Shown here one piece after another: positions 18,021 through 26,924 of a stretch of 64,000 nt of DNA; within the stretch, counting starts at the first letter, position 1, and each line of letters begins with the position of its first letter. Source of the DNA: Bacteroidia bacterium. Lineage in GTDB: Bacteria; Bacteroidota; Bacteroidia; Chitinophagales; JAUHXS01. The stretch is from NCBI GenBank assembly GCA_030426955.1, contig JAUHXS010000012.1:16629-80628 (forward strand), read 5' to 3'. The position numbers were made by a program, and so were the translations under genes. The notes under the pieces are model-generated. The model was given only the letters and a program-made list of their open reading frames with translations, did no database searches and was not told the origin of the DNA.

Positions 18021-21000
18021 TTAACTGCAACCCATGCTATTTCCGCAGTTTAAGCATTTGTAGCATGTGCCTGATCGTACGGTAATATGACCACAAACAT
18101 TACAAGCAGGCGCATCCCCCATCATATTACTCAAGTGTTCTTGAGTCTGATCCTTTTTGACAGCAGTTGCAGCACCGTTGGCCTCAGCCGCTGGAGCAAC
18201 AGGTTTAACTTCTTTAACAACTGGTTGACCATTCCCATTAGAAGAAGACTGTGTCAAAGGCTTTTTTAACGATTGGGGAATAAGATTTTCTTCTTTCTTT
18301 CTCGGTATTTGTACCAAGTCTTGTCTATCTAGATATTCAAATGCTAATACTCTAAAGATGTAATCAATGATAGAAGTAGATGATTTGATATTTGGATGAT
18401 CTACAACACCTGATGGCTCAAACCTAGTGAAAGTGAATTTATCTACATATTCTTCCAAAGGAACACCGTACTGAAGCCCAATTGATATAGCTATGGAGAA
18501 ACAGTTGACAAGTGATCTATAAGACGCACCTTCTTTGTGCATATCAATAAAGATTTCACCTAAAATTCCATCATTATACTCTCCTGTTCTCAGGAAAATG
18601 GTTTGTCCACCTACTTTTGCTTTCTGAGTAAAACCACGTCTTTTTGAAGGTAGTTTCTTTCTTTGGACAACATTAGAAAGCTGTCTTTTAAACGTTGTAT
18701 CAGTAGATTCTTGAATGATCTTAGCCGCAGCTTCGATTACCTGATCAGGAGTTAATTCATTTAAATGAACTCTATCATCACCTTCGATAGATGCTTTCTT
18801 ATCAGATTTGTTGGAAAGTGGCTGAGACATTTTACAACCATCTCTATAAAGTGCATTTGCTTTTAAACCCAGCTCCCAAGATAATTGATAGCAATCTTGA
18901 ATTTCCTCAACAGTTGCTTCATTCGGAAGGTTAATTGTCTTAGATATAGCACCAGAAATAAATGGTTGAACTGCAGCCATCATTCTGATATGCCCATGAG
19001 GATGAATATATCTTTTTCCTATCTCACCACATTTATTAGCACAATCAAATACTGGATAGTGTTCCTCTTTTAAATGAGGTGCGCCTTCAATGGTCATTGT
19101 TCCGCATACGTAATCATTTGCTTCTTTGATATCAGCATCAGAAAATCCAAGTGCCGACATAACGTCGAACGCTAAGTTGTTATACTGCTCAGGAGCAAAG
19201 CCTAATCGTTTCATACAAGCCTCACCAAGCGTAAATACGTTGAATGCGAAGCCAATCTCAAATGCGGAAGCAACTGCTTCATCAAGCTTCTTAAGGTCTT
19301 TATCATTAAAGCCTTTTGATCTTAATACGTCATAGCTAATGGTTGGGCATCCTTTGAAAGAACCGGTTCCCTTAGCATAATTAACGATATCTGCGATTTC
19401 CTCTTTTGAATAACCTAAGTTTCTCAATGCGACAGGAATAGCGTGGTTAATGATCTTGAAGTATCCACCTCCTGAAAGTTTTTTAAACTTCACTAATGCA
19501 AAATCAGGCTCAACACCAGTAGTGTCGCAATCCATAACTAAACCGATAGTTCCAGTAGGAGCAATAACTGTTGTTTGCGCATTTCTGTAACCATGCTCTT
19601 CTCCTAGCTTAACAGCATCATCCCAAGCATTACAAGCTGCTTTCAATAAGTAATCAGGACAGAACTTCGGATTGATCCCTTGAGGTTTGATCTCAATACC
19701 TTCATAAGCATCTTCAGGTGCATTGTATGCAGCATATCTGTGATTACGCATTACACGCATCATATGCTTCTTATTGTCATTAAACCTTCTAAATGGTCCT
19801 AAATGGCTCGCAATCTCAGCAGAAGTTTTATAAGCAATACCTGTCATAATAGAAGACATGGCACCACCCATTGCTTGCGCTTCATCACTATCATAAGGGA
19901 TGCCTGAGATCATTAAGACCGCACCAAGATTAGCAAATCCAAGACCTAAAGTTCTATAATCATAAGAAAGCTCAGCAACTTCTTTTGATGGGAATTGAGC
20001 CATCAAAACAGAAATCTCTAAAACGATGGTCCACAATCTTGCAGCGTGCTCATAAGCTTCGATGTCAAAAGTAAGATCGTCTTCGTTGAAGAACTTTCTC
20101 AAGTTCATAGAAGCTAAGTTACAAGCAGTATTATCTAAGAACATATACTCTGAACAAGGGTTAGAAGCATTGATTCTTCCACCTTCAGGGCAAGTATGCC
20201 ACTCATTAATAGTAGTATCGTACTGTACACCCGGATCAGCACTTTTCCATGCTGCATCAGCGATGATATCCCAAAGTTCACTAGAAGGAATACTTTTTAT
20301 TGTTCTTCCGTCTGTTCTTGCAGTCATATTCCAATCAGTACCTTCTTCTAATGCTTTGAAGAAAGTATTAGGAATACGAACAGAGTTGTTGGAGTTTTGA
20401 CCGGCAATAGTCTTGTAAGCTTCTCCTTCGTAATCAGATGGGTAGCCTGCATCAATTAAAGCTGCAACTTTCTTCTCCTCTTCAGCTTTCCAAGTAATAA
20501 ACTCAACTGCCTCAGGATGATCTAAATCCAAGCAAACCATTTTAGCAGCTCTTCTGGTTGTTCCACCAGATTTAATAGCACCTGCAGCCCTATCACCAAT
20601 TTTTAAGAATGACATTAAGCCTGAAGAATTACCTCCACCTGATAATGTTTCGCCATCTCCTCTGATATTGGAAAAGTTAGTGCCGACACCAGAACCATAT
20701 TTGAAAATTCTAGCTTCTCTGACCCAAAGATCCATGATGCCACCCTCATTAACTAAGTCGTCATCAACAGAAAGGATGAAGCAAGCATGTGGCTGAGGTC
20801 TTTCGTAGGCAGAAGTAGACTTTGCTAATTTTCCAGTTTTGGGATCAACATAATAGTGACCTTGGGGTTTTCCTGTAATTCCATAAGAAGAATGAAGACC
20901 TGTGTTAAACCATTGTGGTGAGTTAGGAGCAGCATATTGTCCTGTTAGCATAAACGCTAACTCATCATAAAATACATTGGCATCCTTCTTTGTTGCAAAA

Positions 21001-21332
21001 TATCCATATTCATCTCCCCATTTCCTCCAACAGTTCGCTAGACGATGTGCAACTTGTTTGATCGAATTTTCTGAACCCAAAGAACCATCTTCTTGTGGAA
21101 CTCCTGCTTTTCTAAAATATTTTTGTGCTAAAATATCGGTAGCTACCTGTGACCAACTGGTAGGCACTTCTACATTGTTCATTTCAAAAACTGCATCTCC
21201 TTCAGGGTTTCTGATAACAGAAGATCTGATTTCATATTCATACTGATCAAAAGGGCTAACGCCATCCTTTGTGAAAAAGCGATTGATCTTTAAACCCGAC
21301 GACTTTTTAGGGCTGCTTTTTTTTGTGGCCAT
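18021..21332 (-). CDS. nrdJ: Adenosylcobalamin-dependent (class II) ribonucleotide reductase
   Basis: 1103 aa; active-site segment ...[23 protein letters not shown]... (NPC[GS]E RNR motif); C-terminal CxxC...CxxC zinc ribbon (CNVCGH...CYKCLNCG) as in NrdJ. Confidence 0.85.
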   Translation of the reverse strand: MATKKSSPKKSSGLKINRFFTKDGVSPFDQYEYEIRSSVIRNPEGDAVFEMNNVEVPTSWSQVATDILAQKYFRKAGVPQEDGSLGSENSIKQVAHRLANCWRKWGDEYGYFATKKDANVFYDELAFMLTGQYAAPNSPQWFNTGLHSSYGITGKPQGHYYVDPKTGKLAKSTSAYERPQPHACFILSVDDDLVNEGGIMDLWVREARIFKYGSGVGTNFSNIRGDGETLSGGGNSSGLMSFLKIGDRAAGAIKSGGTTRRAAKMVCLDLDHPEAVEFITWKAEEEKKVAALIDAGYPSDYEGEAYKTIAGQNSNNSVRIPNTFFKALEEGTDWNMTARTDGRTIKSIPSSELWDIIADAAWKSADPGVQYDTTINEWHTCPEGGRINASNPCSEYMFLDNTACNLASMNLRKFFNEDDLTFDIEAYEHAARLWTIVLEISVLMAQFPSKEVAELSYDYRTLGLGFANLGAVLMISGIPYDSDEAQAMGGAMSSIMTGIAYKTSAEIASHLGPFRRFNDNKKHMMRVMRNHRYAAYNAPEDAYEGIEIKPQGINPKFCPDYLLKAACNAWDDAVKLGEEHGYRNAQTTVIAPTGTIGLVMDCDTTGVEPDFALVKFKKLSGGGYFKIINHAIPVALRNLGYSKEEIADIVNYAKGTGSFKGCPTISYDVLRSKGFNDKDLKKLDEAVASAFEIGFAFNVFTLGEACMKRLGFAPEQYNNLAFDVMSALGFSDADIKEANDYVCGTMTIEGAPHLKEEHYPVFDCANKCGEIGKRYIHPHGHIRMMAAVQPFISGAISKTINLPNEATVEEIQDCYQLSWELGLKANALYRDGCKMSQPLSNKSDKKASIEGDDRVHLNELTPDQVIEAAAKIIQESTDTTFKRQLSNVVQRKKLPSKRRGFTQKAKVGGQTIFLRTGEYNDGILGEIFIDMHKEGASYRSLVNCFSIAISIGLQYGVPLEEYVDKFTFTRFEPSGVVDHPNIKSSTSIIDYIFRVLAFEYLDRQDLVQIPRKKEENLIPQSLKKPLTQSSSNGNGQPVVKEVKPVAPAAEANGAATAVKKDQTQEHLSNMMGDAPACNVCGHITVRSGTCYKCLNCGNSMGCS

Positions 21333-21592
21333 TTTTAATTTTAAATTTTAAGATGTAGTTAAATTTGCTTAAGAGAATTACTTAGTGTCTAAGTGTCCAA
21401 AGCGTGCGCTAAACTAAGCCCAAAAAGAAGACTGGGCAAATATAGTTTTGCACAATTTGTGGAAAAAGAAATGTGATTTCTTTTTAATATAAGTTATCAC
21501 TAGCTTTGAAATTAAAGGCAAGAAATGCTGTGACTTTGAGCAGTAGTATGTTAAAATTGTCAATTTGTAAATTATTGATTAACAAATAATAT

Positions 21593-22348
21593 ATGAATAA
21601 AAAAGTGTACAGTGAGATTGTTGATAAAAAAAGAAAGCGTAATAAAAGTTTTGCAGTATTAGTTGACCCGGACAAAACAGATGCAAAAAAAATTGGACAC
21701 TTAGTTGAGCTTGCTTCTGAGGCAGCAGTTGATTTTATCTTTGTTGGAGGCAGCCTGTTGCTTAACGATAGTTTACAAACTTGTATTGAGCAAATTAAAG
21801 CCCAAACAAATATTCCTCTTATCATTTTTCCAGGAAACAATATGCAAGTAAGTTCCGACGCAGACGCTATCTTACTTTTATCACTTATATCTGGAAGGAA
21901 TCCTGAATGGCTTATTGGTCAGCATGTTTTAGCAGCTCCGAATTTAAAGCAAAGTGGTTTGGAGGTTATTCCAACTGGATATATTTTGGTAGATGGAGGT
22001 AAGAGTACCTCGGCTAGTTATATGAGTAATACTACACCTATTCCTCATGACAAAAAAGATATTGCTATGTGCACTGCGATGGCTGGGGAGATGTTGGGGC
22101 AAGGACTGATATATTTAGATACAGGGAGTGGAGCCAAGCGAACAGTATCGCCTTCTATGGTTACTGCTGTAAGTCAACATATAGAAGTTCCATTAATTGT
22201 TGGAGGAGGTATTACTTCTGGCAATAAGGCAGAGTTGCTGGTTAAAGCAGGAGCGGATATGATTGTTGTCGGCAATGCCATAGAAAAAGCACCATCACTC
22301 ATTAGCGAAATAAGTCTAGCGGTTCATAGCGTGGAAATCCCAGCTTGA
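21593..22348 (+). CDS. Geranylgeranylglyceryl-phosphate synthase family protein (PcrB homologue)
   Basis: 251-aa TIM-barrel-like protein; the ...AVLVDPDK... start and C-terminal GGGI..G phosphate-binding motif are typical of Bacteroidota PcrB/GGGPS homologues. Confidence 0.65.
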   Translation: MNKKVYSEIVDKKRKRNKSFAVLVDPDKTDAKKIGHLVELASEAAVDFIFVGGSLLLNDSLQTCIEQIKAQTNIPLIIFPGNNMQVSSDADAILLLSLISGRNPEWLIGQHVLAAPNLKQSGLEVIPTGYILVDGGKSTSASYMSNTTPIPHDKKDIAMCTAMAGEMLGQGLIYLDTGSGAKRTVSPSMVTAVSQHIEVPLIVGGGITSGNKAELLVKAGADMIVVGNAIEKAPSLISEISLAVHSVEIPA

Positions 22349-23268
22349 TGAAAAAAGGGATAGTTCGAAAATCTACAGGTAGTTGGTATGAGGTGAAAAC
22401 TCAGGACGGGAAAATTTTAAGTTGCAGAATCAAAGGCAAGTTAAGATTGAATGATAGTGACCTGACTAATCCTGTTGCAGTTGGCGATGTAGTATTATTA
22501 GACGGAGAGGGTGATAGTGTTGTTATATCTGACATCATAGATCGCAAAAATTATTTTGTTCGGGAGTCTCCGAAAAAGCAATCAGATCGACATGTATTGG
22601 CAGCAAATATTGATCAAGTAGTATTAGTGGTAACCATATCTCTGCCAAGAACATCTCTTGGATTTATAGACCGACTCTTAGTGATTAATGAGCTTCAAGG
22701 TATAAAGACAGTTATACTATTTAATAAAACAGATATTCAAGTTCCTAAACACCTCAAAAAACAACATGAAGCAGTTGAAATATATAAAGGGTTAGGGTAT
22801 GACTGTTTGGAAACCTCGTTTTTGAATGATGGCGTTGAAAAAATCATACCATATCTAGAAAATAAGACTAGTTTAATTACAGGGCATTCTGGTTCGGGGA
22901 AATCAACTTTGGTCAACCAATTAATTCCAGAAATAGACCTCGATACTAGGGAAATATCAAAAAAGTTTCAAAAAGGGCAACATACGACTACTTACACTTG
23001 TATGTATGACCTTCCGTCTTCAGGGCAAGTAATTGATTCACCAGGAATTAAAGAGTTAGCGATGCTAAATATCGATACAGCTCATATTGGACATGGTTTT
23101 GTGGAAATAAGAGCATTAGAGAATGATTGTAAGTATAATAACTGCTTGCATATCAATGAGCCAAATTGTGCAGTAAAAGAAGCTTTAGAAAAAGGAAGTA
23201 TTCACCAGTCTAGATATAATAGCTATATTAATATAATAGAAGAATTGCAGAAAAAAAGACACTATTGA
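22345..23268 (+). CDS. rsgA: Ribosome small-subunit-dependent GTPase A
   Basis: 307 aa; the KGIVRKSTGSWYEV start, GHSGSGKSTL P-loop and C-terminal CxH...C...C zinc finger (CLHINEPNCAV) match RsgA/YjeQ. Confidence 0.85.
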   Translation: MMKKGIVRKSTGSWYEVKTQDGKILSCRIKGKLRLNDSDLTNPVAVGDVVLLDGEGDSVVISDIIDRKNYFVRESPKKQSDRHVLAANIDQVVLVVTISLPRTSLGFIDRLLVINELQGIKTVILFNKTDIQVPKHLKKQHEAVEIYKGLGYDCLETSFLNDGVEKIIPYLENKTSLITGHSGSGKSTLVNQLIPEIDLDTREISKKFQKGQHTTTYTCMYDLPSSGQVIDSPGIKELAMLNIDTAHIGHGFVEIRALENDCKYNNCLHINEPNCAVKEALEKGSIHQSRYNSYINIIEELQKKRHY

Positions 23269-23394
23269 ACAAAATAGTGGACGGTTTTTATTATACCTTC
23301 TGAAATCCAGAATTGTTTTTAACTGATTGATTTTAATAGGCTTATTTTTCGTTTTGAGTGCGTATAAGCAATTGGCATCAAAATTGGATTAACG

Positions 23395-23922
23395 ATGGCA
23401 AAGCATTTAGTTATGAAAAAGTTAATCATCAATCTAGGAATCATTTTAATCACAGGTTTATCTAGCTGTGTATATGTTGTGGACACTCCAGGGCCTCCAG
23501 GAAGAAATGGAAGAGCTTTTTTCGGAGTAGATTATGAAAGGTTTGCGCCATATAGTTATTGGGATAACAATCCAAGTATTCCATTTGAGCCGATATTAGG
23601 ACATTATTATCAAACAGGTACAGGCATATTTGATTTTGAATACTTTGTTAATGCGACAGATTATTACTACGGAACCTACGAGGTATGGATTAATCCAGGA
23701 GGACCAGGTGGTAGCTATGGCGAGCCAGGCTTTGATGGATTAGATACTTACCTAATGTTGGTTTTAGATCCTTACTGGGGAGTTAGTGAGTGGAGAGATA
23801 GTTATAAAACTGGTGAGCCAATTGTAATTGAACGAAACGATGGAGAAAAACAATATAGAATTACAATGCATCCCGCTACTACAGATGATCGAGCAGCTCA
23901 TGAGCCTAAACTAACCCAATAG
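23395..23922 (+). CDS. Lipoprotein, function unknown
   Basis: Signal peptide with lipobox (LSSC); Gly/Pro/Tyr-rich; no recognised domain. Confidence 0.4.
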   Translation: MAKHLVMKKLIINLGIILITGLSSCVYVVDTPGPPGRNGRAFFGVDYERFAPYSYWDNNPSIPFEPILGHYYQTGTGIFDFEYFVNATDYYYGTYEVWINPGGPGGSYGEPGFDGLDTYLMLVLDPYWGVSEWRDSYKTGEPIVIERNDGEKQYRITMHPATTDDRAAHEPKLTQ

Positions 23923-23987
23923 AAATATGCTTGGACTTTATTTGAAGTGGTAAACATATTATATAACTTTACCAATAAGTTAAACTT

Positions 23988-24917
23988 TTGCTTTTGAAAA
24001 ATTGTATTCTCATATTTAGTGTGCTAATTTTCTTTAAAGTTAATGCCCAGACTATATCTGGGACAGTTTATACACCTGAGAATAAAGCACCTTTAAAAGT
24101 TGGGGTTGCTTATCTAGTAAAGCACGAAAGCGATCTGCCAGTATTAAAATCAACAAAGAAAGTAGACATTGAAAAAACAGGAGCTTTTAGCTTTTCAGGA
24201 CTTGAAAAGGGTACGTATTTCATTATTACTATTCCCGATCCTGACCTTTATCCGAAGCTATTATCAAATATTTATCCCCAAGATATTACAGATGTAAACA
24301 AGCTTTTAACCTTTGATGGTAGTAACAAAACCGTTGATGTTTATTTAGAAAGCCAAGAAGAAAAACAGTCTAAGAGTAAAACGGCAGAACCTAAAAAGAA
24401 GAAAAAGCTTAAACTAGGAGAGAAGTTAAATAAAATCAAGGATATAAAAGACAACGGTGCCACTGGTGTAGTTGGATCTTTGATAGATAAGTCTACTTCT
24501 AGCAGCTTAATTGATAAGTCAACAAGTAGTAGCCTAATAGATAAATCTGTTAGTAGCGGACTCATAGATAAATCTACTAGTTCTAGCTTGATAGATAAGT
24601 CAACGAGTTCTAGCTTGGATGCTAATAAAAGCGAGAAAAACACAAGTACAGAAAAGCCTGCTTCTAACATAAATGCCTCAATAACAGATATCGGAACTAT
24701 TGTGAAGTATTCTCTTAGTCAGGATAGTAAGGTTTCTTTGGAGTTGTATAATATGTCGGGAAATAAAATCGCTACTATTATCGAAGGTCGTCGTAAAGCG
24801 GGGAACTACGAACACTACCTTGTCGCAAACAAGGACAAGCTTAATTCGGCAGTATATCTATTAAAGATTATCATAAATGGGAATACTGATCAAGAGGTCT
24901 ATTGGAATGTTAGATAG
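23988..24917 (+). CDS. Secreted protein with CarboxypepD_reg-like N-terminal domain, five decapeptide repeats and a T9SS type A C-terminal sorting domain
   Basis: Signal peptide; ISGTVYTPENKAPL...; (SLIDKSTSSS)x5; C-terminal ...VKYSLSQDSKVSLELYNMSGNKIATI...YLLKIIINGN... is Por-secretion-tail-like. Confidence 0.55.
   Translation: MLLKNCILIFSVLIFFKVNAQTISGTVYTPENKAPLKVGVAYLVKHESDLPVLKSTKKVDIEKTGAFSFSGLEKGTYFIITIPDPDLYPKLLSNIYPQDITDVNKLLTFDGSNKTVDVYLESQEEKQSKSKTAEPKKKKKLKLGEKLNKIKDIKDNGATGVVGSLIDKSTSSSLIDKSTSSSLIDKSVSSGLIDKSTSSSLIDKSTSSSLDANKSEKNTSTEKPASNINASITDIGTIVKYSLSQDSKVSLELYNMSGNKIATIIEGRRKAGNYEHYLVANKDKLNSAVYLLKIIINGNTDQEVYWNVR
24476..24625 (+). repeat. Five tandem 30-bp coding repeats (SLIDKSTSSS)
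   Basis: Directly visible tandem units ttgatagataagtc(t/a)ac(t/a)agtagcagc... with minor variation. Confidence 0.7.
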
Positions 24918-25749
24918 GTAGCGTTACTTGCTCCAACTTTAAAGAAGTGCCATAGAACATACTGGTTGTTTTTTCGAAAGATTCAGTATAGTCTGATACA
25001 AAAAAATGATGTTTTGTACCCGTTTGCTCATTTAGCAACTCATCATATTGAAGCAATCTCTTAACTCGTTCTGCAACCAATGCTGGTGAATCTACAATTA
25101 ATATTTTATTGTTATAGTAGGCTTCAATTTCTTGCTTTATGAGTGGGTAATGAGTACATGCTAAAATCAGAGCGTTAATATCATTTAGTTTGATATCTGA
25201 TAAATAAGATTGAAGAACCGCCTGACTAATGTTGCTATTCGCAAAGCCTTCCTCAATCATTGGGGCTAAAAGAGGCGTTGCCAAAGACATCGTTTCTACT
25301 TCTGGGTTTCTGATGGCAAGTGCCTTTTTATATACATCAGAGTTAATGGTTGTTTGTGTACCTATGATACCAATCTTTTTGATACTATCCTGATGAACAA
25401 TATGATCTAGAACTGGCCCAATTACATTTACAATTTCAACCTTTCCTTTGCAATGTGCTTTCAGCGTATTGAATGCAACGGCAGATGCTGTATTACAGGC
25501 CATAACAATCATCTTGCACCCTTTGCCTATAAGAAAATCTCCGATTCGAATAGCGTATCTGCAAATAGCCTCAGTAGACTTTTCGCCATAAGGCATATGG
25601 ACAGTATCTCCGAAGTAAACTAAAGATTCGTTTGGAAGTGCATCTGAAATGGCTTTGGCGACTGTTAACCCACCAATACCTGAGTCAAAAATACCAATGG
25701 GCGAGTTAGATAGTTCTGAGTTTATAGTTTTTAATTTAGAGTTACTCAC
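24910..25749 (-). CDS. murI: Glutamate racemase
   Basis: 279 aa; IGIFDSGIGGLTVAKA and the conserved Cys-containing motifs of MurI. Confidence 0.9.
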   Translation of the reverse strand: MSNSKLKTINSELSNSPIGIFDSGIGGLTVAKAISDALPNESLVYFGDTVHMPYGEKSTEAICRYAIRIGDFLIGKGCKMIVMACNTASAVAFNTLKAHCKGKVEIVNVIGPVLDHIVHQDSIKKIGIIGTQTTINSDVYKKALAIRNPEVETMSLATPLLAPMIEEGFANSNISQAVLQSYLSDIKLNDINALILACTHYPLIKQEIEAYYNNKILIVDSPALVAERVKRLLQYDELLNEQTGTKHHFFVSDYTESFEKTTSMFYGTSLKLEQVTLPI

Positions 25750-25770
25750 TATAAATTATAAACTACAAAC

Positions 25771-26268
25771 TTATAACCCAAGCTTTGCTTTTACGAAGCT
25801 CATGATATCATCAGAAGGTTGTGCATAGATGACTGCACCCAAACTCATATCAAAAACATAAGCATAACCTTTTTCTTTAGCAACTGCTTTTATAGCATCT
25901 TCAGCCTTTTTTAAAGTAGGGCTGTAAAGCTCATCTTTCTTATTGGCCAGCTTATCTTGAGCACTTATTTGAAATTGTTGAATTCTTTTTTCAAGATCAA
26001 CAATTTCTTTTTGTCTTATTTCTTTTATAGCATCTGCCATTAAAGCTTCTTTTTGCTGGTACTCTTGAATTTTATTTTGGTACTCCGTCATCATTGCTGT
26101 ATTCTGTTCCTCTAACTGCTTTTGATATGCTTCAAGTTTTGTGTCCGCTGATTTGATTTCAGGCATTATACTTAATAATTCAGCAGAGTTAATATGTCCA
26201 AACTTTTGAGCATTAGCAAAACCAACCATAAGTATTGCAACAATTGTTAACCCTAATAACTTTTTCAT
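25771..26268 (-). CDS. OmpH/Skp family periplasmic chaperone
   Basis: 165 aa, signal peptide, K/E/Q-rich coiled coil; position between bamA and murI is conserved in Bacteroidota. Confidence 0.72.
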   Translation of the reverse strand: MKKLLGLTIVAILMVGFANAQKFGHINSAELLSIMPEIKSADTKLEAYQKQLEEQNTAMMTEYQNKIQEYQQKEALMADAIKEIRQKEIVDLEKRIQQFQISAQDKLANKKDELYSPTLKKAEDAIKAVAKEKGYAYVFDMSLGAVIYAQPSDDIMSFVKAKLGL

Positions 26269-26330
26269 GTTTTTACTTTTTCGTTTAAATTCTTCAGTTT
26301 GCCAAAGATATGTTTTTTCTATGGCATATT

Positions 26331-26858
26331 TTACTTTGATGCTTCCTTGATTCGTTCAAGAATTTCATCACTCTTATCATACTTAGGATCAGTAAATAAC
26401 ATGGTTACTGTTCCGCTTTTGTCAAACACAAAGTTGTACGATCTTTCGGTTGCCATTGTTTGAATAGCATCATATACTTTGTCTTGAATTGGTTTGATTA
26501 ATTCTTGTCGTTTGATGAACAATTCTCCTTCGTATCCAAACTTTTGTTTTTGAAAATCTTTAACTGCCTTTTCAGCATTAATGATCTCATCTTCTCTTTT
26601 GCGTTTCATGTCTTCTGATAACAATACTTGCTCTGCTTGAAAATCGCGATACATACGTTCAATTTTCTCATACTTTTGATCGATTTGTGTCTGCCATTCT
26701 TTTGCAAACGCATCTACGGATTTTTGAGCACCGTCATATTCTGGTAACTTCTCTAAAATATATTCTGTATCAACATAGCAAAATCTTTGTGCTTGCGTAG
26801 TAAAAAAACTTCCGACTGTTATTACAGATGCAATTATTATTTTATTTATATGTTTCAT
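26331..26858 (-). CDS. OmpH/Skp family periplasmic chaperone (second copy)
   Basis: 175 aa, signal peptide, coiled coil; tandem with the previous gene as in the conserved bamA-ompH-ompH arrangement. Confidence 0.7.
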   Translation of the reverse strand: MKHINKIIIASVITVGSFFTTQAQRFCYVDTEYILEKLPEYDGAQKSVDAFAKEWQTQIDQKYEKIERMYRDFQAEQVLLSEDMKRKREDEIINAEKAVKDFQKQKFGYEGELFIKRQELIKPIQDKVYDAIQTMATERSYNFVFDKSGTVTMLFTDPKYDKSDEILERIKEASK

Positions 26859-26924
26859 AGCTTTTGTATTTGATTCTTGTTAAATGTAAAGCAAATATCG
26901 TGCCAAACTCTGGTCCAACATTAT

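Noticed and set aside
21333-21592. Expected cobalamin riboswitch upstream of the B12-dependent nrdJ
   Set aside because: No B12-box-like conserved core was found on the nrdJ-sense strand and the region is uniformly AT-rich. Left as an open check rather than a feature.
24476-24625. Possible CRISPR-like regular repeats
   Set aside because: The 30-bp units are contiguous with no spacers, in-frame, and inside a CDS. They are coding tandem repeats, not a CRISPR array. No CRISPR array or cas genes were seen anywhere in the window.
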